NCBI GenBank assembly: GCA_029983505.1
Contig: JASBZK010000003.1
Coordinates: forward strand, 18,422-82,421
Length of the DNA: 64,000 nucleotides
From: Porphyromonas sp.
GTDB lineage: Bacteria; Bacteroidota; Bacteroidia; Bacteroidales; Porphyromonadaceae
Direction of reading: 5' to 3'
Position numbers and translations under genes: made by a program. The notes below the pieces were generated by a model. It saw only the letters and a list, made by a program, of their open reading frames with translations, was not told the origin of the DNA and did not search any database. Position 1 is the stretch's first letter. The number at the start of each line of letters is the position of its first letter. Positions 26,758-37,892 of the stretch are shown here, one piece after another.

Positions 26758-27465
26758 CTATGGGAGGTCGAAGAGGTGGAAGTCGTAGGTGCGGAGGTCT
26801 GCGGTGAGGAGGCGACCGGAGAGATTGCCTTCGAGACCGAGGATTTGCTTGAGCACTTCAGTGGCCTCAATGGAGCCGATGGTCTGTGCCGTGACGCCCA
26901 AGACTTGGGGTAGAGCCTTTTCGCTGTCGTCATCCGGAGCCCCAAAGAGGTCTCGGTAGCGGCTCCTTCCGGGAACGAACGTGGCCACGTTACCGATCAG
27001 TCCGGAGACGGAACCGTGAACCATCGGAATGCCGGCTCTTTCTGTAAGGTCGTCGAGCAAAAGCCTTGTGCGGTAGTTGTCCACCGCATCCACCGCGATG
27101 TCGATGCCCGTGAGGTGTTTCTCTTCCAAAAATTCCGGACAGGCTTCGACCCGGCACTCGGGATAAAAGGCATTCACCCACGCACCGGCTTTTTCGGCCT
27201 TTGACTGACCGATGTCGGTGACTTGGTAGAGGGTTTGGCGATTAAGGTTCGAGAGGCTCACCGTGTCGCAGTCTACGATCCTTAGGTGTCCCACACCCGC
27301 TGCCGCAAGGGCGTGAATGAGGGGGGAGCCGAGACCGCCGGCTCCGACGACGAGGACGTGCGACTGTAGGAGCCGCCTTTGACCCTCAACGCCCACTTCG
27401 GGCATTGAGAGCTGTCGGGCAAATCTTTCGGTATCGGTCAGAGCCATTGACCCCAGTCTTTCCAA
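26758..27465 (-). CDS. thiF: ThiF/MoeB/HesA family adenylyltransferase (sulfur-carrier activation)
   Basis: Nucleotide-binding motif VVGAGGLGSP. Last gene of the thi cluster. Confidence 0.85.
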   Translation of the reverse strand: MERLGSMALTDTERFARQLSMPEVGVEGQRRLLQSHVLVVGAGGLGSPLIHALAAAGVGHLRIVDCDTVSLSNLNRQTLYQVTDIGQSKAEKAGAWVNAFYPECRVEACPEFLEEKHLTGIDIAVDAVDNYRTRLLLDDLTERAGIPMVHGSVSGLIGNVATFVPGRSRYRDLFGAPDDDSEKALPQVLGVTAQTIGSIEATEVLKQILGLEGNLSGRLLTADLRTYDFHLFDLP

Positions 27466-28544
27466 ACAGGTTCGTAGCCCTGCGCCTTGATAGCGGCGAT
27501 CATCTCTTCGGGAGTGCGGGAGTCGTTTATTTCGAACTGCTCGAGCTCCTTCTGAGGATGGGCGTAGCCTCCGGGCTGGGTGGAGCTGCCGGCGGAGACG
27601 GAGTTGATCCCGAGACGTATCGCCATATCCCGGAAAGGCGCCGCTTCACGCGTGGAGAGCGTGATGTCGGTCGTTTGAGACAGGATGCGGAAGGCGCAGA
27701 TGAGCTGCACCATACTCTTGTCGTCCACGGGTTCTTTTGGCTCAAAGCCGCCTACTTCGGGACGCAATCTGGGCAGAGAAATGGAGTAACGGGTCTCCCA
27801 GAATCGTTTCTCAAGGTACTTGAGGTGCAGTGCCGTGCAGTAGGCATCGGCATACCAGTCGTCCAAGCCGAGAAGGGCACCGATACCGATCTTTTTCATA
27901 CCTGCTTCAGCGGCGCGCTCGGGTGTCTCAAGGCGGAAACGGAAGTCGGACTTCAGACCTCTTGGGTGGTAGGTCTTGTAGTTGGCTTCGTTGTAGGTCT
28001 CTTGGTAGACAGAAAGGGAGCTTACCCCCGCGTCCACGACTTTCTTATAGTCCTCCACGCTCATCGGCTGTACCTCGATGGAGAGCTGGGCGAAGTGGGG
28101 ACGCAGTTTCCGGATCACTTCGGCGTAGTAGTCCGCATCGGCGTGACGGGGCGATTCGCCCGCGACGAGGAGGAGGTGCTGGTACCCGAGCTTTTTGATC
28201 GCTTCTATCTCTTCGTCGATTTCCTCCATCGTAAGCTTCTTGCGGATGATCTTATTGAGGAGACTGAACCCGCAGTAGACACAGCTATTCGTGCAGTAAC
28301 TGGAGAGGTAGAGGGGGATGTAGAGCTGCACTACTTTGCCGAAGCGCTCAATGGAGAGTTTTTGGCAAAGAGTAGCCATCTCGTCGAGGTGGTTGCGCCC
28401 GGCAGGCGAGATGAGTGCCGCGAAGTCTTCGATGCCGGGGTGGGGGTTACGGAGCGCCCGAAGTACGTCTTCGTCCGTTTTGTTGCGGACATTTTGACCT
28501 ATCTCTTTGAAATCGTATTTTTTGAGTTCGTCGTAGAATGTCAT
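27438..28544 (-). CDS. thiH: 2-iminoacetate synthase ThiH (radical SAM)
   Basis: Radical-SAM motif CTNSCVYCGF and ThiH/BioB-like length, within the thi operon. Confidence 0.9.
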   Translation of the reverse strand: MTFYDELKKYDFKEIGQNVRNKTDEDVLRALRNPHPGIEDFAALISPAGRNHLDEMATLCQKLSIERFGKVVQLYIPLYLSSYCTNSCVYCGFSLLNKIIRKKLTMEEIDEEIEAIKKLGYQHLLLVAGESPRHADADYYAEVIRKLRPHFAQLSIEVQPMSVEDYKKVVDAGVSSLSVYQETYNEANYKTYHPRGLKSDFRFRLETPERAAEAGMKKIGIGALLGLDDWYADAYCTALHLKYLEKRFWETRYSISLPRLRPEVGGFEPKEPVDDKSMVQLICAFRILSQTTDITLSTREAAPFRDMAIRLGINSVSAGSSTQPGGYAHPQKELEQFEINDSRTPEEMIAAIKAQGYEPVWKDWGQWL

Positions 28545-28559
28545 GGTGTCTCAGTGTCT

Positions 28560-29336
28560 TTAGTCAAAGAAACCCTGCAGAGGGGAAGTGGCAGAAACGG
28601 TCCTGCCGACTACGGGAAGTCCTGAGAGGTATGCTTTTCGGCCGGCTTCGACGGCGAGACGGAAAGCTTCGGCCATCTTTTCGGGATCGGACGCGGTGGC
28701 GATGGCGGTATTCACGAGGACGGCGTCCGCTCCCATCTCCATGGCTTCTGCGGCCTGTGAGGGCGCTCCGATCCCGGCATCCACGACGACCGGGACGTTG
28801 CTTTGCTCGATGATGATCTTTAGGAGCTCCCGGGTGGAGAGACCGAGGTTCGTGCCGATGGGCGCTCCGAGGGGCATAACGACGGCGGCACCGGCTTCTT
28901 CAAGTCTTTTGCAGAGAATAGGGTCGGCTTGGATATAGGGCATCACGACGAAGCCCTCCTTGACGAGAAGCTCTGTCGCCTTGAGCGTTTCGAAGGGGTC
29001 GGGCAGAAGGTGGCGCTGGTCGGGGTGGATCTCGAGCTTGAGGAGGTTCGTGCCAAGTGCTTCGCGGGCAAGGCGTGCCGCGAAAATCGCTTCCTCAGCG
29101 TCTTGAGCGCCACTCGTATTCGGGAGAATCTGCACGCCCGGAGCCGAGATGGCTTCTATGAGGTGGTCGTGGGCACCGAAAGCCGGATCCACGCGCTTAA
29201 GGGCTACGGTGACGAGCTCTGTCCCGGATGAAACGATGGCTTTTCGGGTGAGGGCATCGGAAGAAAATTTGCCGGTGCCGACAAAAAGGCGGCTGTTAAA
29301 GGTTCTGTCGCCTACCTTTAGAATGTCTTGTGTCAT
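28560..29336 (-). CDS. thiG: thiazole synthase ThiG
   Basis: ThiG motifs ([29 protein letters not shown]). Start set at ATG 29336 ([13 protein letters not shown]), 2 nt after the stop of the upstream gene. Confidence 0.95.
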   Translation of the reverse strand: MTQDILKVGDRTFNSRLFVGTGKFSSDALTRKAIVSSGTELVTVALKRVDPAFGAHDHLIEAISAPGVQILPNTSGAQDAEEAIFAARLAREALGTNLLKLEIHPDQRHLLPDPFETLKATELLVKEGFVVMPYIQADPILCKRLEEAGAAVVMPLGAPIGTNLGLSTRELLKIIIEQSNVPVVVDAGIGAPSQAAEAMEMGADAVLVNTAIATASDPEKMAEAFRLAVEAGRKAYLSGLPVVGRTVSATSPLQGFFD

Positions 29337-29338
29337 AA

Positions 29339-33295
<3,957 letters not shown>

Positions 33296-33454
33296 AGGAT
33301 GAGAGATGCTCTGCTATGCGTTTCGAGGATTAAACCAAAACTTACTATTTCTGAAACGATAGCTTAGGAGCGCGCCGGGGGAAGCAATGAGAAAACTGCC
33401 AAATAAGCAGCTTGGACCTTCCCGACCTGACCGGAAGCTTTTCTTTTTCGCGTC

Positions 33455-33545
33455 CCGGTTCCATTCTTTTTCTCCGCCGGCATTACCCGGGTCAAATAGA
33501 TAAGGGTATGTTCTCAGCCGCCTTGCAGCACCCCTAAGAATGTTT
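33455..33545 (-). promoter_or_regulatory. TPP (THI-box) riboswitch controlling the thi operon
   Basis: The minus strand reads TTCTTAGGGGTGCTGCAAGGCGGCTGAGAACATACCCTTATCTATTTGACCCGGGTAATGCCGGCGGAGAAAAAGAA. This contains the conserved GGGGUGC, CUGAGA, ACCC and GGUAAUGCCGGCG elements and a closing P1. It starts just downstream of a -7 box. Confidence 0.85.
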
Positions 33546-33551
33546 CAATAG

Positions 33552-33559
33552 CAAATATA
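33552..33559 (-). promoter_or_regulatory. candidate -7 box (TATATTTG on the minus strand) for the riboswitch and thi operon
   Basis: Plus strand reads caaatata, about 7-10 nt upstream of the riboswitch 5' end. Confidence 0.5.
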
Positions 33560-33603
33560 CACTTTTCTCTCAATCTTTGTGTCACAAGACAGGTGATTCA
33601 CAT

Positions 33604-33692
33604 AAAAAAGAGATACAGACCAAAGTAAAATCTTTGGCCTGTATCTCGTCCTTAAAACATACGGGCAGAAAAAAGTTTTTTGGTACGTATCT
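33604..33692. repeat. 23-nt-period module element; its first hairpin plus a minus-strand U-run is the likely ychF terminator
   Basis: A-run 33604-33609. GAGATACAGACCAAAG (33610-33625) pairs with CTTTGGCCTGTATCTC (33632-33647). Further modules at 33656 (AACATACGGGCA) and 33679 (TTTGGTACGTAT), all in 23-nt phase. Confidence 0.8.
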
Positions 33693-33752
33693 CCTTTATC
33701 TTCTGCCCGCGGTCTCTCCTGTGGCGTCTTCGGGACGGGATGCCCCGCGTAG

Positions 33753-34853
33753 TCAGACGTTGAAGCGGAAGTGCATAATGTCGCCGTCTTGGACGATGTA
33801 GTCTTTGCCTTCCACGTTGAGCTTACCCGCCTCTTTCACGGCAAGCTCTGAGCCGTACTTGATATAGTCGTCGTATTTGATGACTTCGGCTCGGATGAAG
33901 CCTTTCTCGAAGTCGGTGTGGATGACGCCGGCGCATTTGGGTGCTTTGCTGCCTTTCTTGTACGTCCAAGCCCGAACTTCCATAGGTCCTGCGGTAAAGA
34001 ACGTTTCGAGATTGAGGAGCCGGTAGGCGTGACGAATGAGCCGGTCGACACCACTCTCTTCGAGTCCCAAGGCTTCGAGGAACTCTTTCCGCTCCTCAAA
34101 AGTGTCAAGTTCCGCGATGTCGGCTTCCGCCTGGGCAGCAAGTACGAGGACTTCGGCATTTTCGTCCTTAACCGCTTCTCGGACGGTCTCCACGTGCTTA
34201 TTGCCGGAGAGTACGGAGGCTTCGTCCACGTTGCAGACGTAGAGTACGGGCTTCGTGGTGAGGAGGAAGAGGTCGCGGGAGAGGCTCTCTTCTTCGTCGC
34301 TCTCGAAGGGGACGGTGCGTGCGCTTTTGCCCTGAATGAGCGCGTCGTGGTACCGCTCGAGGAGCCCGTAGAGTATCTTGGCTTCTTTTTCTCCACCTTT
34401 GGCCTGGCGCTCCACTTTCTTCATACGCGCTTCGACGGTCTCGAGGTCTTTGAGCTGAAGCTCCGTGTCGATGACTTCTTTGTCCCTGACCGGGTCAATG
34501 GAGCCGTCCACGTGGGTCACGTTGGGGTCGTCGAAGCATCGGAGGACGTGAATGATGGCATCTGTCTCGCGGATGTTCGCGAGGAACTTATTGCCCAAGC
34601 CTTCGCCCTTGGATGCGCCTTTCACGAGACCGGCGATGTCGACGATTTCGACCGTCGTGGGGACAATCTTCTCGGGGTGGACGAGCTCGGCGAGCTCACC
34701 GAGCCTTTTGTCGGGGACGGAGATTACGCCGAGGTTGGGCTCGATGGTCGCGAAGGGGAAGTTTGCGGCGTAGGCCTTGGCGTTAGAGAGGGAGTTGAAA
34801 AGCGTGGACTTGCCTACATTGGGCAGTCCCACGATACCGCATTGGAGAGACAT
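33753..34853 (-). CDS. ychF: ribosome-binding ATPase YchF (Obg-family GTPase-like)
   Basis: P-loop GLPNVGKST, DIAGLVKGAS, and a TGS-like C-terminus (FIRAEV). Confidence 0.95.
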   Translation of the reverse strand: MSLQCGIVGLPNVGKSTLFNSLSNAKAYAANFPFATIEPNLGVISVPDKRLGELAELVHPEKIVPTTVEIVDIAGLVKGASKGEGLGNKFLANIRETDAIIHVLRCFDDPNVTHVDGSIDPVRDKEVIDTELQLKDLETVEARMKKVERQAKGGEKEAKILYGLLERYHDALIQGKSARTVPFESDEEESLSRDLFLLTTKPVLYVCNVDEASVLSGNKHVETVREAVKDENAEVLVLAAQAEADIAELDTFEERKEFLEALGLEESGVDRLIRHAYRLLNLETFFTAGPMEVRAWTYKKGSKAPKCAGVIHTDFEKGFIRAEVIKYDDYIKYGSELAVKEAGKLNVEGKDYIVQDGDIMHFRFNV

Positions 34854-34874
34854 ATCGTTTGATTATTGCTGTTT

Positions 34875-37385
34875 TTAGGCGTTAGGGGTTTGGGCGGACT
34901 TCTGAGCTTCTTTGATGCGCGCCATAAGGTCGATCGGGTGTGAGACCGTCTCGTCACTGAGGGCGTAATCGATGACTTCTTTGATGTCGGACACGTAGAT
35001 GAAGTCGAGCCCTTCGAGGTAGACGGGCTTGATCTCCTTGATGTCCCGCTCGTTTTCCTTACAGAGGATAATCGTCGTGATGCCGGCACGCTTGGCGGCG
35101 AGGATCTTCTCCCGGATGCCGCCCACGGGAAGCACTTTGCCCCGAAGCGTTATCTCTCCCGTCATCGCGATATTGGGCTTCACTTTGCGCTGCGTGAAAG
35201 TGCTGACAAGTGAGGTGACGATGGTGATGCCGGCGCTGGGTCCGTCCTTGGGGATGGCACCCTCCGGGACGTGGATGTGGACGTTCCAGTAGTCGAAAAT
35301 CTCCGTGGGTATGTCGTAGAGGTGTGCGTGGCTCTTGAGGTACTCGAGAGCAAGTACGGCAGACTCTTTCATGACGTCTCCGAGATTGCCGGTGATGCTC
35401 ATCTTACCGGACTTGGAGGGAGACGGGGCACTCTCGACGAGCAGGATCTCGCCTCCGACGCTCGTCCACGCCAAGCCGGTGACGACGCCCGCGTACTTAT
35501 TGCCGTCGTAGCGGTCACGGATGTACTTTTTCTGCCCGAGGTAATGCTCGAGGTCCGTCTTACCGACCTTGATGGGGAAATAGTCCTCTACGTTTTCTTT
35601 CTCCATAGCGGCATCTTTGACCGCCTTTCTGATAATCTCATTGATGCGCTTGTCGAGCTCACGCACGCCGCTCTCACGGGTGTAAAACTCGATGATCTCG
35701 TCTATCGTCGGCTTCGCGATCTTAATGGCGTTCGGCTTGAGACCCACCTGCTTGAGCGCTTTGGGCAAAAGATGGCGGGAGGCTATCTCTGTCTTTTCCT
35801 CCTGGATGTACCCCGTCACTTCGATCATCTCCATACGGTCACGGAGGGCGTCTGGTATCTCTCCGGCGTTATTGGCGGTGGCTATAAAGAGCGTCTGCGA
35901 CAGGTCGTAGTCGAGGTCGAGGTAGTTGTCGTGGAATGTGTTGTTCTGCTCGGGGTCAAGGACTTCGAGGAGTGCGGAGGAGGGGTCGCCTTTGTAGTCG
36001 GAGCCGAGTTTGTCGACTTCGTCGAGGACGAAGACGGGGTTGGAGCTTGCGGCTTTGAGGAATCCTTTGATGAGGCGACCGGGCATAGCTCCGATGTAGG
36101 TACGGCGGTGTCCTCTGATCTCGGCTTCGTCGTGGAGTCCGCCGAGAGAGATGCGCACGTACTTGCGCCCCAAGGCCTCTGCTATGCTTCTCCCGAGCGA
36201 GGTCTTACCCACGCCCGGAGGGCCGTAGAGGCAGAGTATGGGCGCGTGCATATTCCCTTTGAGCTTGAGGATGGAGAGGTGTTCGAGGATGCGCTCTTTG
36301 ACCTTCTCGAGTCCGAAGTGGTCTTTGTCCAAGACGGCTTTTGCTCTATTGATATCGAAAGAATCCTCCGTGTACTCGTTCCAAGGCAGATCCAAGAGTG
36401 TCTCGAGGTACTGGATCTGTATGGAGTAGTCGGGGCTCTGGGAGGGCATACGCTGGAGTTTCTTGACCTCTTTCTCAAAGCTGTCCTGTACTTCGGCGCT
36501 CCATTTCTTCTTTGAGGCGCGTTCGAGGAGCTCTGCGGAGTCGTCGTCAGCGGAGTCGTTGATTTCTTTCTTAATCATCCGCATCTGTTGCTGCAGGAAG
36601 TACTCTTTCTGCTGCTTGTCCATCTCGTAGTGGGTCCTCTCGAGGATGTCTTTGCGGAGCTCTTCTTGGCGCTTGATTTTATTGAGCAGCTTATGGACTT
36701 GGAATCCTCTCTGCTTGTAGTTCGTGTTGAGCAAAAGTCCGAGCTTGTCTTCCACCGTGTCGGGGAAATTGTTGGAGGCGAAGTTCACGATCGTCTCCGT
36801 GCTCTTCAGGGACTGAAGCGATTCAATGAAGGGCGTCGGTGCATCTCCGCGCATTCGGAGGATCTCCACCATAGTCTCAAGGATGGAGGAGCCGAGCTCA
36901 CGGTACTCTTCGTCGCTTTTGCGTGGTTTGGTTTCGGGGACTTCCTCGAAATACGCCCGCATAAAGGGGTCGTGCTGTGTGAAGCGTCCGAGTTTGATGA
37001 GCCGTTTGCCTTGGAGAATGATTGTGGTGAGCTCGTCATCGATCTGCATAATGCGGACGACTTCGGCCACCGTACCCGTTTCCACGAGATCTTTTGAGAC
37101 GGGGTCTTCGACATCGGCATCTTTTTGGGCCACCACGAGGACGTGCTTATTTGGGGCATCCTCTATGTAGGAAAGGAGGCGGTGTGTCTTTTCTCTTCCG
37201 ATGAGGACAGGGATTGCCACTCTCGGGAAGAGTACATTGTCCCTAAGAGCGAGGATGGGGAGTGTCTTAGGGAGCGTGCTGAAATTTATCAGCCCGCTCA
37301 TAATCCCCTCGTCGTCCGGTAAGATCATGGGAAGCCGCTTGCGGAGCAAATTATCGTTGTCGGGGAAATCTATTTCGTCGTCCAT
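34875..37385 (-). CDS. lon: ATP-dependent Lon protease (LonA)
   Basis: LON N-domain, AAA+ Walker A GPPGVGKTS, and the protease catalytic motif KDGPSAGITI. Start set at ATG 37385 (MDDEIDFPDN), since the 80-aa ORF-track extension has no Lon similarity. Confidence 0.95.
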   Translation of the reverse strand: MDDEIDFPDNDNLLRKRLPMILPDDEGIMSGLINFSTLPKTLPILALRDNVLFPRVAIPVLIGREKTHRLLSYIEDAPNKHVLVVAQKDADVEDPVSKDLVETGTVAEVVRIMQIDDELTTIILQGKRLIKLGRFTQHDPFMRAYFEEVPETKPRKSDEEYRELGSSILETMVEILRMRGDAPTPFIESLQSLKSTETIVNFASNNFPDTVEDKLGLLLNTNYKQRGFQVHKLLNKIKRQEELRKDILERTHYEMDKQQKEYFLQQQMRMIKKEINDSADDDSAELLERASKKKWSAEVQDSFEKEVKKLQRMPSQSPDYSIQIQYLETLLDLPWNEYTEDSFDINRAKAVLDKDHFGLEKVKERILEHLSILKLKGNMHAPILCLYGPPGVGKTSLGRSIAEALGRKYVRISLGGLHDEAEIRGHRRTYIGAMPGRLIKGFLKAASSNPVFVLDEVDKLGSDYKGDPSSALLEVLDPEQNNTFHDNYLDLDYDLSQTLFIATANNAGEIPDALRDRMEMIEVTGYIQEEKTEIASRHLLPKALKQVGLKPNAIKIAKPTIDEIIEFYTRESGVRELDKRINEIIRKAVKDAAMEKENVEDYFPIKVGKTDLEHYLGQKKYIRDRYDGNKYAGVVTGLAWTSVGGEILLVESAPSPSKSGKMSITGNLGDVMKESAVLALEYLKSHAHLYDIPTEIFDYWNVHIHVPEGAIPKDGPSAGITIVTSLVSTFTQRKVKPNIAMTGEITLRGKVLPVGGIREKILAAKRAGITTIILCKENERDIKEIKPVYLEGLDFIYVSDIKEVIDYALSDETVSHPIDLMARIKEAQKSAQTPNA

Positions 37386-37511
37386 GTATATATCGTTTTT
37401 AGTGCGGGAGCTGAATCCTAAAACGCACAAGTTGAAGTTCAATCCGATTATCTGAGGTCTTTTGTGCAGTACCTCCATCTGGATAGAGCAAAAGATGTGC
37501 CATATCGACTG

Positions 37512-37519
37512 CAAAGGTA
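37512..37519 (-). promoter_or_regulatory. candidate -7 box (TACCTTTG on the minus strand) for lon
   Basis: Plus strand reads caaaggta. It implies a 5' leader of about 120 nt. Confidence 0.35.
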
Positions 37520-37651
37520 CCGCTTTTCGGTTAGAAGTCGGAGGGCGGCAGCAAAACGGCGCTTCGGCAGCGTATACAGATGGGGCCCGGAAAAGTGCGG
37601 TTTCTTTGGCTCCGATCGCGTACACTAAGGTGACTTGGACAAAGGAAAAAG

Positions 37652-37743
37652 GAGATACGGACCAAGAAAGACACGAGACCCGTACCGAGACGGAAACGAG
37701 ATACAGACCTATCCGAAGGCAAGATACGTACCAAAATAGAGGT
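37652..37743. repeat. four head-to-tail 23-nt units of the module family (direct array)
   Basis: GAGATACGGACC at 37652, GAGACCCGTACC at 37675, GAGATACAGACC at 37698, AAGATACGTACC at 37721. Each is followed by an 11-nt spacer. Confidence 0.9.
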
Positions 37744-37892
37744 GTCTATTTGTATATATTTTAGTAATGGGTTAAACCTTTTCCGGGATTGGGTGTCAAA
37801 AGAAAGGTTTCAAGCTCTATGGATAGAGGTTGACCTTTAGACGACCGGTCGAAAAGAAGAAAAGTATTCGGGCAATTTTACCAGAACAAAGC

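Noticed and set aside
37386-37625. N-terminal extensions in the ORF track: lon to 37625, fba to 41937, ispG from 4502, thiG to 29390, receptor from 37830, yicC to 44487, lysS from 6600, crp from 22896.
   Set aside because: The extensions lack homology to the respective families. Several start at non-ATG codons or run across candidate promoters and repeat elements. Internal ATGs give canonical N-termini (for example MDDEIDF for Lon, MVNYKDLG for Fba, MIHSMTGFG for YicC).
37624-37638. Shared ACTAAGGT string between 37624-37638 (GTACACTAAGGTGAC) and hairpin 26627-26642 (GTGTACTAAGGTACAC).
   Set aside because: Only 8 nt are in common, the surrounding sequence is unrelated, and the first copy does not form the hairpin. 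I treat this as coincidence.
37652-37743. Possibility that the 23-nt arrays (also 62478-62592) are CRISPR arrays.
   Set aside because: The repeat is 12 nt with 11-nt spacers, far below CRISPR dimensions. The 'spacers' are themselves similar between units (purine-rich RAGRA..), there are no cas genes in the window, and the units occur in inverted as well as direct orientation.
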